A stretch of DNA of 64,000 nt, from the sequence record PV730302.1; one strand, written 5' to 3'. The notes under the pieces are model-generated. The model had not been told where the DNA came from. It was given only the letters and a program-made list of their open reading frames with translations, and searched no databases. Of this stretch, positions 53,899 through 64,000 are shown one piece after another (the first letter of the stretch is position 1; each line of letters starts with the position of its first letter). Made by a program: the position numbers and the translations under genes. The DNA comes from a phage.

Positions 53899-53964
53899 TT
53901 TGATTTCCGTGCGGTTAGTTTGTTTTGATAGGTCTATAGTATCATGCCTATAGACCTTGTAAAC
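53899..53964 (-). promoter_or_regulatory. early promoter (GTTTAC -35, TACTAT -10)
   Basis: Minus-strand GTTTACAAGGTCTATAGGCATGATACTATAGACCTATCAAAAC. Confidence 0.55.
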
Positions 53965-53975
53965 ACCTTTTTAAA

Positions 53976-54653
<678 letters not shown>

Positions 54654-54661
<8 letters not shown>

Positions 54662-55415
54662 TTTTATTTCCTAATAATTTATCAATAGTAGTGTATAGTT
54701 CAGAAAGAGTGCCGTTATTTTCAACAACAACGTCACCAGGTAAAATTGGTAGACCCGCTTCAGTGATGTGCGAGTCTTGTACTTGACCGGTTTCAGAGCG
54801 AACTACATGAATAATCGTAGCACCCATCGCTCTGAGCGAATCAATTTCGTGTGTTTGACGAACATCAGGTACGACATAGTATTTCGCGTCAGAGTATATT
54901 TTATCAAAATAGTCTAAAGCGAACAACTTAACCCAATACATCTTATCAAATTGGTTAACAATAATATCAGTCCCAAGGGTCTGCATGAGACGACGTACTG
55001 ACCAATTGTTATTTTTATTTATTACTTCAAACAGTTGGTCTTTTGTTTCTTCAGACAGATACTGGACTGGGGTAAGACCATAATGATATGCGGTACGAAC
55101 ATCCATTCCTGGAATAGGAAGGATATTATTCAGTTTGACAATAGCATTTTCAAAGATATCAATAACGTCATATGGTTTTAAAGGAATGATTTCTTCACGG
55201 TCGTAACCGATACCTTCAAAACAGTTGAAATCCAGTTTAGGCATATAACTACGGTCGAATACAGGGTCATCAGAGATGTATTCATAGGCTTCAGCCAGAT
55301 ACTTTTTAATAGGACCTGCGAGCTGAAATTTTACCGAATCCATATTTTCGATTACATAGTTAGCAACGGTATCCTTACCGCTACGTTTGATTCCTACAAT
55401 TGATATTAGTTTCAT
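54654..55415 (-). CDS. 1: deoxynucleoside monophosphate kinase gp1
   Basis: 253 aa; P-loop GIKRSGKDT and WSVRRLMQTLGTDIIVNQFDKMYWVKLFALDY blocks match recalled T4 gp1. Confidence 0.93.
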
Positions 55416-56005
55416 TATTTTCTCATAGATGGATGCATAGACATACGAGCCACACGTTGTTCGGCATACGAATCAATTTGTGGACGACCTGTAACTATTG
55501 TACCATCTATTTCTACAGCAAACGATTTGAAGTTGAATGTTGCTGTAGCGATTATCGCAGGGTCAGAATCCTCTTTATAAGAGTACTGGATTTCCGAGAG
55601 GTCGGATGGCCAACCACCGTAGTAATGAATGCTCATTACGATTTTCTGTTTGTTATTATCAAGGATGTGGAGCGTAATTGCTTCAGGTAAGCCTTTAGGA
55701 TGCCAGGCTTCTGAATCATGGGTTACGTAGTTGTTTAATGACAACATCCACTTATAAACGTCAAGCCATGATTTCAATTCTTTGTCCACAAGAAAGTTCA
55801 CGACCAATGGGTCGAATTCTACAGTAGAACCTGGCAGCTTAGCACGATGTATGCCCTGGGTCGATCCTGGGACGTCTGAGATCGGAATATGGATACCAGG
55901 TAGTGTTACATCTTGTACGTTCAATTTGAATGCCTGGGTCATTCCTGCGTCACTAACCTCTAAGATAAAGTTGGTGGTGTTAGTTTGGTTAAATAAACCG
56001 TTCAT
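55415..56005 (-). CDS. 3: tail completion / sheath stabiliser gp3-like
   Basis: 196 aa between 1 and 2 as in T4; assignment mainly by synteny. Confidence 0.65.
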   Translation of the reverse strand: MNGLFNQTNTTNFILEVSDAGMTQAFKLNVQDVTLPGIHIPISDVPGSTQGIHRAKLPGSTVEFDPLVVNFLVDKELKSWLDVYKWMLSLNNYVTHDSEAWHPKGLPEAITLHILDNNKQKIVMSIHYYGGWPSDLSEIQYSYKEDSDPAIIATATFNFKSFAVEIDGTIVTGRPQIDSYAEQRVARMSMHPSMRK

Positions 56006-56087
56006 AGGATTCCTATATTGCTTAAGTCCCAGACAGTGTATAATGGTCCTAGGTCTGTTCCATTCAATAACTGGCTGGGATAATAGA

Positions 56088-56915
56088 TTATGAATTCTTC
56101 CATACTTTCTGAGCTGAATAACGCTTGCCTTTAGACATGAACTGTTGGAGAGGCATCATGACCACATTAGCCCAATCAGCAGGTTTTATCTCTACTAAAG
56201 GGCCCTTGATATTTCCAGGGATATAAGCCTTAATCATAACGTCTGCGCCGGCGAATCCTTTTACCTTACTCCAATCGATTTTTAATTTAGTCGAGTTAGT
56301 AATGGTAGGCGTACTCGCGTATTGCTTCAGCAATTCTTCCAGAAATTGTTGACGTGCTTTAGGTGGGATATAGTGTAAGTTCAGCCCGTACATTAAATTA
56401 TGCTTACCTAACCCAAGATAAATGATTAAAGGATATTTGTCCCAATACGGTAGAGTATCCTTGTGCTTGGCGTCATAGATATAAGCATAAAGCTTACCAG
56501 GAGATGGTTTAGATACCTGGTGTCCACGAATTCCTTTCTTTAATGTTTCTGTAAACCATTTAGCTGATTTATTGTTTACAGCGGCGCCTTCGTTAGCAAT
56601 CTTATCACGAATACTCTTTCTAAAACTATTCACCAAAATTAATTGACGTTCGGCTTTGGTTAATTTATTGCCAGGTTTCTTCTGAAGTTTTTCAACCTGT
56701 ACAGCAGTTTTAATTCGACTCGAGTATCGAGACATCGCAGATGTAAAGCTAGAATACTTGATGCCTTTATCTTCAGCGAATTTCTTAGCCGAGACACCTT
56801 TAGCCTTGGCATTGGCATATTCAACGCCTAAAGTTATCCATTGTTGTTCTGAACGGGTGGGCTTGGAACCCTTTGTGGTTTCAGTAGCCTCATTGATGTA
56901 GGAAAATATACTCAT
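56088..56915 (-). CDS. 2: DNA end-protector protein gp2-like
   Basis: Basic 275-aa protein between 3 and 4; start at ATG 56915 overlapping the gene 4 stop (ATGA). Confidence 0.7.
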   Translation of the reverse strand: MSIFSYINEATETTKGSKPTRSEQQWITLGVEYANAKAKGVSAKKFAEDKGIKYSSFTSAMSRYSSRIKTAVQVEKLQKKPGNKLTKAERQLILVNSFRKSIRDKIANEGAAVNNKSAKWFTETLKKGIRGHQVSKPSPGKLYAYIYDAKHKDTLPYWDKYPLIIYLGLGKHNLMYGLNLHYIPPKARQQFLEELLKQYASTPTITNSTKLKIDWSKVKGFAGADVMIKAYIPGNIKGPLVEIKPADWANVVMMPLQQFMSKGKRYSAQKVWKNS

Positions 56916-57361
56916 CCTTTCCATCCTAATTTTTTCAGTGAATGTTCGGTAATCAATCTAAAGGTGATACCCATTTTATCTGCTGTAGCTTTAGCTGCTT
57001 TCCACTTATCAGTATTAACAGACCAAGTATAGTGTTCGTTGATATATCTCTTTTTAGCAGCCGTAGTCATTTTAACAGGCACCGCAGGAGCATGGGTTTC
57101 TTTAAAAGGTTTGACTTCAAAAAAGAATTGTTGGCCCGTATCAAATTTAACCCAGAAGTCCATAAAATATCGTCTTTTCTTTCCTTCGGCATTGCAAAAG
57201 TAAGGAATGACCACCTCTTCTGAATTCCACTGGACTACATTAGGATGGTTGTCAAGCCAACGCATAAACCATGCTTCCCAAGAGGAACGATATTGGATTT
57301 TCTTCCAGTCACCTTTATATTTTTGTAAGTTTGTAGGTTTAAATTTCCCTGAGTAAGCCAT
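56912..57361 (-). CDS. 4: head completion protein gp4
   Basis: Start at ATG 57361 (MAYSGKF, matching T4 gp4) with AAGGAGG SD and an upstream late-promoter motif. Confidence 0.8.
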   Translation of the reverse strand: MAYSGKFKPTNLQKYKGDWKKIQYRSSWEAWFMRWLDNHPNVVQWNSEEVVIPYFCNAEGKKRRYFMDFWVKFDTGQQFFFEVKPFKETHAPAVPVKMTTAAKKRYINEHYTWSVNTDKWKAAKATADKMGITFRLITEHSLKKLGWKG

Positions 57362-57372
57362 AGTTGCCTCCT

Positions 57373-57380
57373 TATAAATA
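57373..57380 (+). promoter_or_regulatory. late promoter TATAAATA for gene 53
   Basis: Exact TATAAATA on the plus strand 28 nt upstream of the gene 53 ATG; divergent from the gene 4 promoter. Confidence 0.65.
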
Positions 57381-57387
57381 TTAATAT

Positions 57388-57395
57388 TATTTATA
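57388..57395 (-). promoter_or_regulatory. late promoter TATAAATA for gene 4
   Basis: Exact TATAAATA on the minus strand 27 nt upstream of the gene 4 ATG. Confidence 0.65.
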
Positions 57396-57407
57396 CTCGG
57401 AGGCCCT

Positions 57408-58010
57408 ATGCTCTTCTCATTTTTCGATCCCATCGATTACGAATCAAAAACAGTCAAGCCGGATTCGGGCTCATTAACAAATGCCGATGTACTGAGCGTG
57501 CCGATGACTGATATATTTAGAAATTATAAAGAATATTTTGATAAAGTGGCTAAAAACTATACACTAAAGACTTATTATATCAACGGGGCCCCTCGTCCAG
57601 AAGAATTGGCCAATCAACTTTACGGTAACGTTCAGTTATACTGGGTTTTATTGATGTGCAATAACGTATATGACCCATATTACGGCTGGATTACAGGCCA
57701 AGAAGTCGCATATCAAGCAGCAATCCAAAGATATTCTACTGCAGGTGGCAATCAAGTTCTTTATCATGTTAATGAAAAGGGTGAGAAATTCTGGAATCTT
57801 GTTAATACTCCAGAAAACCCATATACTTGGTATGATAAAGGTGATACAGAAAAACGTTATCCTCAATATGAGGGCCCTTTGGCTGCAGTAGATATTTACG
57901 AGGATGCTATTCGTAAAAATGAATATAAGCGCGAAATAAAGATTGTAGACCCTAATGATATTGAGTCCTTTATTTCTGCCCTTATTCGCGAAATGGAGAA
58001 AGCCCTCTAA
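57408..58010 (+). CDS. 53: baseplate wedge protein gp53
   Basis: 200 aa; SD GGAGG; T4 gene order 4|53-5 with divergent late promoters. Confidence 0.85.
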   Translation: MLFSFFDPIDYESKTVKPDSGSLTNADVLSVPMTDIFRNYKEYFDKVAKNYTLKTYYINGAPRPEELANQLYGNVQLYWVLLMCNNVYDPYYGWITGQEVAYQAAIQRYSTAGGNQVLYHVNEKGEKFWNLVNTPENPYTWYDKGDTEKRYPQYEGPLAAVDIYEDAIRKNEYKREIKIVDPNDIESFISALIREMEKAL

Positions 58011-59797
58011 TGATTAACATGTCTGATAATGTAAGTTGGTTCGTCGGTGTAGTTGAAGACCGAATGGACCCGCTCAAACAAGGCCGAGTACGCGTGCGCG
58101 TATGGGGTATGCATCCCTATGAAAAGGTACAAGGCCCTGTAAAAGGTCTTCGTACAGAAGATTTACCATGGATGTCGGTATTAATGCCTACATCTTCGGC
58201 CTCTGTTTCAGGTATACAAACCGCTATGACAGGTATGGTCCCAGGTACACAAGTTTATGGCCACTTTCTTGATAAGTGGAAATTAAACGGACTTGTCCTT
58301 GGTACATACGGTTCCGCTTCAAGACAAAAGGCTAACCCTAATGAAGGTTTTAGCGACCCAACAGGCCAATACCCACTTTATTTAGGTAATGATGCCGCGG
58401 CTTTAAACCGAGGTGGTGAAGTTGGATATGATGCCACTTCTAACGTAATCCAGGATTCTAATCTAGATTTGGGTCTTAATCCTGATGGTTTAGATTTAAG
58501 TCAAGTCAAACCTGACGATAATCCTAATTTCACAATAGAAAACATGCTTCACCGTGATGAAGGGCTTAGACTGAAGGTATATTGGGACACCGAAGGATAC
58601 CCTACTATAGGTATAGGTCACCTTATTACGCCACAACCTATTAGAGATATGAACCAAATAAACAAAATATTGTCTAAACAAATAGGTCGAGAAGTTAAAG
58701 GTAACCCTGGTGCAATATCAATGGATGAGGCTTCTAAATTATTCCAAGAAGACCTTAAAAAAGTCCAAAGCGATATAGGTCGACATAGTGTTGTGGGTCC
58801 GGTTTACAATAAAGAAAACCGTTCAAGACAAATGGCTCTTGAAAACATGGCTTTCCAAATGGGATTGGGTGGACTGGCTAAATTTAGAACCATGCTCGCT
58901 GCAATGTTAGCCGGAGATTATAAGAAAGCATTTGATGCCGCTCGTGATTCTGTGTGGTTTAACCAAACTAAAGGTCGTGCATCAAGGGTATCAATGATTA
59001 TCCTTACAGGTAACATGGAATCATACGGTATTATGGCCCCTAAAGAAAGGTCATTTAAAGGGCGTTCGTATAGAATGATTCAAACTTTTGCCGCACCTGC
59101 AAATTCAGACCCAGCCGACCCATGGACCCCAGAAGATACAAGGATTCTGTTTAAAGAACCCGAATCAAGTTATAAGGGCGAATATCCTTATGTGCAGACA
59201 ATGCAAACTGAAGGTGGGCATATCCAAGAATTCGATAACACCCCAGGGCAAGAACGTTATCGTTTAATCCATCCTACAGGTAGTTATGAAGAAGTTGCTC
59301 CTGATGGACGTAAAACTTCTAAGACGGTAGCCGACGGATATTATATGACCCAAGGCGATTCTAATACTTATGTCGGCGGTAATAATAAAGTCAACATAGG
59401 CGGTGATGAAACCTATTATAATATGGCAAACGTGCGCCGTCAAACTGACGGGTCCGAAAGCATCCATATTCGTGGTAATGAAACCAAAACAGTAGAAGGT
59501 GATGGAACTCTGCTTGTTAAAGGAAATGTTAAAATAGTTATTATGGGTACTGCTGATATAACTGTTGAACAAGAAGCATATATTACGGTTGAAAAAGATA
59601 CAACAGTTAATGTCAACCAGAATGCAGATATAAGCGTTAAACAAAAGGCCACAATCAATGCTCAAAATATGGATGTAAATGTCGAACAAGATTTAAATTT
59701 TGCAGCGACGAACATTAATTTAAACGCATCAAATACTGTGCATATGGATGGCGGTTCATTAGCTAAAGTATCTGGTGGCAACGTACAGGTCGGTTAA
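58010..59797 (+). CDS. 5: baseplate hub/cell-puncturing protein gp5 with lysozyme domain
   Basis: 595 aa; N-terminal NVSWFVGVVEDRMDPLKQGRVRVRVWG, central T4-lysozyme-like domain, C-terminal V-x-G-x repeat beta-helix. Confidence 0.93.
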   Translation: MINMSDNVSWFVGVVEDRMDPLKQGRVRVRVWGMHPYEKVQGPVKGLRTEDLPWMSVLMPTSSASVSGIQTAMTGMVPGTQVYGHFLDKWKLNGLVLGTYGSASRQKANPNEGFSDPTGQYPLYLGNDAAALNRGGEVGYDATSNVIQDSNLDLGLNPDGLDLSQVKPDDNPNFTIENMLHRDEGLRLKVYWDTEGYPTIGIGHLITPQPIRDMNQINKILSKQIGREVKGNPGAISMDEASKLFQEDLKKVQSDIGRHSVVGPVYNKENRSRQMALENMAFQMGLGGLAKFRTMLAAMLAGDYKKAFDAARDSVWFNQTKGRASRVSMIILTGNMESYGIMAPKERSFKGRSYRMIQTFAAPANSDPADPWTPEDTRILFKEPESSYKGEYPYVQTMQTEGGHIQEFDNTPGQERYRLIHPTGSYEEVAPDGRKTSKTVADGYYMTQGDSNTYVGGNNKVNIGGDETYYNMANVRRQTDGSESIHIRGNETKTVEGDGTLLVKGNVKIVIMGTADITVEQEAYITVEKDTTVNVNQNADISVKQKATINAQNMDVNVEQDLNFAATNINLNASNTVHMDGGSLAKVSGGNVQVG

Positions 59798-59798
59798 T

Positions 59799-61862
59799 AT
59801 GAATTACTACGATAAAGTTGATGAAGTGGTAGGGACTGTAACAAGTCCCTGTGATGACGCAGTAGGACCTGGTGAATATCGCCGGGTTAAATGGGAATTA
59901 TATAACCCAACAGGTGCTTTTATTCAACCTGGGAATGGCGTTGAATGGGATACCGAGATTATTCCACTAGCTACACATTTATACACACAAAATCCATTTG
60001 GTAATAAGTCCGAAACTTTTCCTGCACCTCCCCCACCGGAAGATGGAACAAGTCAAGGTATCTGGTGTGCTAAACTCGGAATATTCTTTATTACGCAATT
60101 GGATTTAGAAAATTATGTAGAATCGATTGGTGCAACTCTTTTGCCCGGTAATGATTGGTACGGCGCTGATTTATCAAAATCTGTATTGTATAAAACATCT
60201 ATTGAATATGATATGTATCGCATCGAAAACTGTGGCGGTGTATGGACGTCACAGGGCCCCAGAATGGACCCCAGGACGATGATTGCAGTTACGGCTGATT
60301 ATCATATGTATGTCAACTTTAACGGCCTTGGTGACTCCCGCAGGGCTTATTTGAAGTACTATGAGACAAAACCTTGTACTTATGTTGGACTGGTATTAAA
60401 TCTAGATGTCGATATGAGTATCCCAGGAACTCCGATTCCGGGACCGGTATCCATCGGGTCTTTACCGCCAGAAATAACCGGGCGAGCCAGGACAATAAGC
60501 TGTGTTCCTTTTACAGCGGAATTCCCTTACAACGGATTGACTAATGCGATTATGGCTTCATGGAATACATCTAGGAATTCATTCAAATTATATTGGGATA
60601 TGCTCCCTGGATGGCCATCATCTGGTGGAACCGATTGGGAAAAATTCTTCGATTCCGGTTATAGTAAGCTATCGGTCGCAATGGAAGAGCTAGGCAACTC
60701 AGCTGTTGCTATGTGTCAATATGTTCAGCAAATGGCTTTTCTTGCATTTAAAGATGCCATATCACAGGTCTTGAATATTGTTGGCGGTGGGTGGGACTTA
60801 CTTAAAAGCTTTTTACCCTCGATTACTATTATGGGCATGACTATTGACCTGGAAGACCTCTGCACTTCAGGTGATGGTGTACAGAAATTAAAAGAAGCAT
60901 GGAAAAACTTTAATTTAGAAGAAACCATCCAATCGATTTATTCTGCCATTGGGTCGGCATACGATTATTCGGTTGAACGCGTCAAGATGTATTCGCGTGA
61001 CCTTATTGATGCAATTACAGACTTGTATGACTGGGCCTGGTCTCAATTGCTTATGGCTGGTGTTGCATTATCAAAACTGTGTGTAGACCTCGCTCAAATA
61101 TGGAGTATGCCTCCTATAGTTCCGAACCCAGTTTGGAGCGTTATTACTGCGGTCAAGGAAATGATGAAGCAAGTTAAACCACTGGACATGATAATGAGCG
61201 GTAACTTTCCAGGATTCACAGCATCAGATGTTTATCAAATGGTTATGGAAAAGGTAGACCAGAAAATAGACGAAGCTTATGCAATGATTGAGGCTCTTAA
61301 AACCCAGGCACTCAATCTGTGGAATGAGATTAAGCTCAAAAAGCAAGAAGTACAAAAACAAGCTATTGAATTTAAACAATATCTTTCAGGAATGTACGAA
61401 AAAGTTACAGACGAGCTAACTGCTCAGAAGGAAGCCGCATTAGCACAAGCTGAAGCTGCACTTGAACTTTTAAAGAATAAATATAATCAGATTAAGAACT
61501 CTATTACCGAAAGTCAAACCTCCGTTTCTGATGTATTAGATATGGCTTTAGAAGAATTCAAAAAACTTCCTATTGTGGCTCAAATGGAAGAACTTCTCGG
61601 TATGCTCGGAGCTACTGTAGATGATATCATGGTTATATACGAGAACTCAGTAACTAAAGCAAAATCTTTATATCACGAATTTACTGATGGTTCCAGGTCA
61701 ATGAAAGACTTGTGCAAATCAATGTATAACCAAATATCAACATTATCCTTAAGTAAGGTGGTACAATGGATTAATAAGATGCTGGGAATATTCGGTTTAA
61801 CGATTACATTTCCATCCCTTTCCATTTGCATACCTTGTTTAGAATCTCCTACTAGGAATTAA
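59799..61862 (+). CDS. hypothetical large protein (687 aa) between genes 5 and 6
   Basis: ATG 59799 two nt after the gene 5 stop; Pro-rich N-terminal region, long coiled-coil segment, hydrophobic C-terminus; track start 59775 is GTG. Confidence 0.6.
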   Translation: MNYYDKVDEVVGTVTSPCDDAVGPGEYRRVKWELYNPTGAFIQPGNGVEWDTEIIPLATHLYTQNPFGNKSETFPAPPPPEDGTSQGIWCAKLGIFFITQLDLENYVESIGATLLPGNDWYGADLSKSVLYKTSIEYDMYRIENCGGVWTSQGPRMDPRTMIAVTADYHMYVNFNGLGDSRRAYLKYYETKPCTYVGLVLNLDVDMSIPGTPIPGPVSIGSLPPEITGRARTISCVPFTAEFPYNGLTNAIMASWNTSRNSFKLYWDMLPGWPSSGGTDWEKFFDSGYSKLSVAMEELGNSAVAMCQYVQQMAFLAFKDAISQVLNIVGGGWDLLKSFLPSITIMGMTIDLEDLCTSGDGVQKLKEAWKNFNLEETIQSIYSAIGSAYDYSVERVKMYSRDLIDAITDLYDWAWSQLLMAGVALSKLCVDLAQIWSMPPIVPNPVWSVITAVKEMMKQVKPLDMIMSGNFPGFTASDVYQMVMEKVDQKIDEAYAMIEALKTQALNLWNEIKLKKQEVQKQAIEFKQYLSGMYEKVTDELTAQKEAALAQAEAALELLKNKYNQIKNSITESQTSVSDVLDMALEEFKKLPIVAQMEELLGMLGATVDDIMVIYENSVTKAKSLYHEFTDGSRSMKDLCKSMYNQISTLSLSKVVQWINKMLGIFGLTITFPSLSICIPCLESPTRN

Positions 61863-61863
61863 A

Positions 61864-63822
61864 ATGGCTACTCCTACGAATTACCAATTAACAAGAACCG
61901 TTAACGCTATCCCAAAAGTATTTGTGGGAGCTACGTTTGAAGAAATTAAAAAGAATATTATAGACTGGCTTTCTAGCCAGGACGAATTTAAGGATTATGA
62001 TTTCGTTGGTTCTCGAATGAATATCCTTATTGATATGCTTGCTTATAATACCCTTTATATGCAGCAATTTGCTAACACTGCTTTATACGAATCTTTTATA
62101 GGAACTGCAAACCTTCGTTCTTCGGTTGTCCAGGCTGCACAAGATAATGGATATCTTCCTAGTTCTAAATCCGCGGCAAAAACTACTGTAATGCTTACGT
62201 GTACTCAAGCCCTTAATGAAAAGAATATTCGTATTCCGAGAGGTACTAAATTCCTGGCTTATGCTCGTGATACTTCAGCCGATCCATATGCCTTTGTGAC
62301 CACTGATAACGTTATTGCAGTGCGTGACGTTAATAACCGGTATTGGCCTATTGTTTCTCTGGCTCAAGGACGTATTATTCGTACCGAACTTAAATACGAC
62401 CCTAAAACTCCTATTCTTATTCGTGACCCGGATATTGATAGACAAGAAGTTAAACTTTATGTTGATGGGGCAGAATGGATTAACTGGACCGATAAATCAA
62501 TGGTTCACGCTGGTAGCACCTCGACAATTTACTATATGCGCGAAACCGTAGATGGTAATACCGAATTCTTCTTTGGTGAAGGTGAAGCCGAGAAATCTGT
62601 TGCAGGTGGAGTATTAGAAGCTAATTATATCGGCGGTCTAAAACCTGTTAAAGATTCTACCATTGTTATAGAATACCTTCGTACAGACGGTGAAGTTGCA
62701 AACGGTGCTGTCGACTTCAGTTATGCCGACTCCTTGGCTTATATCACTGTAGAAAAAATTACTGAAAACTATAACGACGACCCTGATTATGTGGGTGCCG
62801 ATGGTGGTGGTGACCCTGAAGATATTGAACGTATTCGCGAATTGGCTGTAGTTAAGCGCGAAGCCCAGATGCGTGCTGTAACAGGAACCGACTACGATAC
62901 ATTCGTGTCCGAGCGTTTTGGTTCTATTGTACAAGCAGTACAAACCTTTACGGACCCAAATAAACCTGGTTATGCTTTTGTCACCATTAAACCCAAATCA
63001 GGGCTATATTTGACGGCAGTCCAACGTGAAGATATCCAAGGCTATCTAAAAGAATTTAACTTAGCCCCTATTACCGCTTCTGTTATTTCTCCTGATTATT
63101 TGTTCTTAAAGCATAAAATTAAGGTATCATATGCCTTGAATAAATTACAGGAATCTGAACAGTGGCTATCGGCTCAAATTCTTTCTCAGATAGACCGCTA
63201 TTATATTAACGAAGTAGAAATTTTTAACCACGGATTCGCTAAGTCAAAAATGCTGACTTATATTGATAATGCTGACCATAGTATTTTAGGCTCCTCTGCT
63301 ACCATAACAATGGTTCGTGAGGTATTGAACTTTTTCAAAACCCCTGAATCAGGTATTAAATACTATAATCAATACACTAACCGTTCTGTGGTTTCTAGTG
63401 AATTTGAGTTTGTCCCTACTATCGTTTCTGAAGACAGTCCGGCGTATAATGTCAGAATTGCCGCTACAGATAAAGACGGCCGTGGTGATGGTAAAATGGT
63501 TATTGGGCCTTTCCGTCCAGGAGATGTAATTGAAAACCAATACATTAAACCATATACAGGAAATGACTTTGACAAAATGCCTGCTCCTGCAGACCAATCC
63601 GTTTATTACGTTATAGGTGAAATTGATTATTATTCAGATTTCATTTTCTGGGACATTGCGGCTATCGGTTTAACGTCCGATCGTTTTGAAGTTCAATCTA
63701 TAGAACTTTATGCGGGACCTGACCAAGACAACATCTTTACAAAAGACGGTTCGTTAATCGTATTTGAAGATGACCTCCGCCCTCAATACACGACCATTGA
63801 ATTAGAACCTATTACAATATAA
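61864..63822 (+). CDS. 6: baseplate wedge protein gp6
   Basis: 652 aa; colinear with recalled T4 gp6 from the N-terminus (MATPTNYQLTRTVNAIP) to the C-terminus (RPQYTTIELEPI). Confidence 0.93.
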   Translation: MATPTNYQLTRTVNAIPKVFVGATFEEIKKNIIDWLSSQDEFKDYDFVGSRMNILIDMLAYNTLYMQQFANTALYESFIGTANLRSSVVQAAQDNGYLPSSKSAAKTTVMLTCTQALNEKNIRIPRGTKFLAYARDTSADPYAFVTTDNVIAVRDVNNRYWPIVSLAQGRIIRTELKYDPKTPILIRDPDIDRQEVKLYVDGAEWINWTDKSMVHAGSTSTIYYMRETVDGNTEFFFGEGEAEKSVAGGVLEANYIGGLKPVKDSTIVIEYLRTDGEVANGAVDFSYADSLAYITVEKITENYNDDPDYVGADGGGDPEDIERIRELAVVKREAQMRAVTGTDYDTFVSERFGSIVQAVQTFTDPNKPGYAFVTIKPKSGLYLTAVQREDIQGYLKEFNLAPITASVISPDYLFLKHKIKVSYALNKLQESEQWLSAQILSQIDRYYINEVEIFNHGFAKSKMLTYIDNADHSILGSSATITMVREVLNFFKTPESGIKYYNQYTNRSVVSSEFEFVPTIVSEDSPAYNVRIAATDKDGRGDGKMVIGPFRPGDVIENQYIKPYTGNDFDKMPAPADQSVYYVIGEIDYYSDFIFWDIAAIGLTSDRFEVQSIELYAGPDQDNIFTKDGSLIVFEDDLRPQYTTIELEPITI

Positions 63823-63850
63823 GCCTCTTAGGAGGCTTTGAGGAGATTTA

Positions 63851-64000
63851 ATGTCTGTGCAAGCGCCTTCCGTTACTAGTTTGAGAATTGATAAACTCTC
63901 GGCTAACCATGTAAGTATTCTTTGGGATGACGTAGGCGCCAATTTCTATTATTTCGTAGAACTGGCCCAAACCAAGGATGCGGGTGAATCTATACCCGAT
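63851..64000 (+). CDS. 7: baseplate wedge protein gp7, N-terminal 50 aa only (continues beyond window)
   Basis: MSVQAPSVTSLRIDKLSANHVSILWDDVGANFYYFVELAQTK matches the T4 gp7 N-terminus; SD GAGGAG. Confidence 0.85.
   Translation, partial: MSVQAPSVTSLRIDKLSANHVSILWDDVGANFYYFVELAQTKDAGESIPD

Noticed and set aside
59799-59900. PAAR-type spike-tip domain at the start of the ORF following gene 5
   Set aside because: Position fits the T4 5.4 tip gene, but the N-terminus lacks the Cys/His and PAAR repeat pattern.
63821-63839. Hairpin AAGCCTC-TTAG-GAGGCTT between genes 6 and 7 as a terminator
   Set aside because: No U-tract follows and gene 7 starts 12 nt later; more likely a local mRNA structure near the gene 7 ribosome-binding site than a terminator.

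Overview
This window is a 64-kb segment of a T4-like (Tevenvirinae) myovirus genome, closest to the RB69/Mosigvirus type; homologies are judged by eye against recalled T4/RB69 proteins, with no database search run. Coordinates 1-57361 are a near-continuous minus-strand block of early/middle genes in T4 order (41, 40, uvsX, 42, imm, 43, regA, 62, 44, 45, rpbA, 46, 47, 55, 49, nrdC, rI, tk, regB, denV, e, nudE, two tRNAs, acb1/57B, 57A, 1, 3, 2, 4), followed by plus-strand late baseplate genes (53, 5, 6, start of 7). The CDS coordinates include the stop codon, as in the supplied ORF track. Around 20 early-promoter-like elements (GTTTAC-N17-TAnnnT), about 10 rho-independent terminators and two T4-type SD-sequestering hairpins (genes 49 and e) are visible. 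The most interesting feature is a translationally coupled cassette between gene 42 and imm, with no counterpart in T4 as recalled: a Tmk-like kinase, a HAD phosphatase and a sugar-1-phosphate nucleotidyltransferase fused to an APH-like kinase. Next to the hydroxymethylase and an orphan ORF in the beta-glucosyltransferase slot, it looks like the donor-synthesis arm of a non-glucose hydroxymethylcytosine hypermodification pathway; this is inference only. Other notable items are six capsid-targeting-sequence internal proteins with unrelated bodies, an Acb1-like 2H phosphoesterase, a macrodomain protein, a four-gene tandem paralog array and inverted repeats built into early promoters. Confidence is lower for the many small ORFs than for the named genes.
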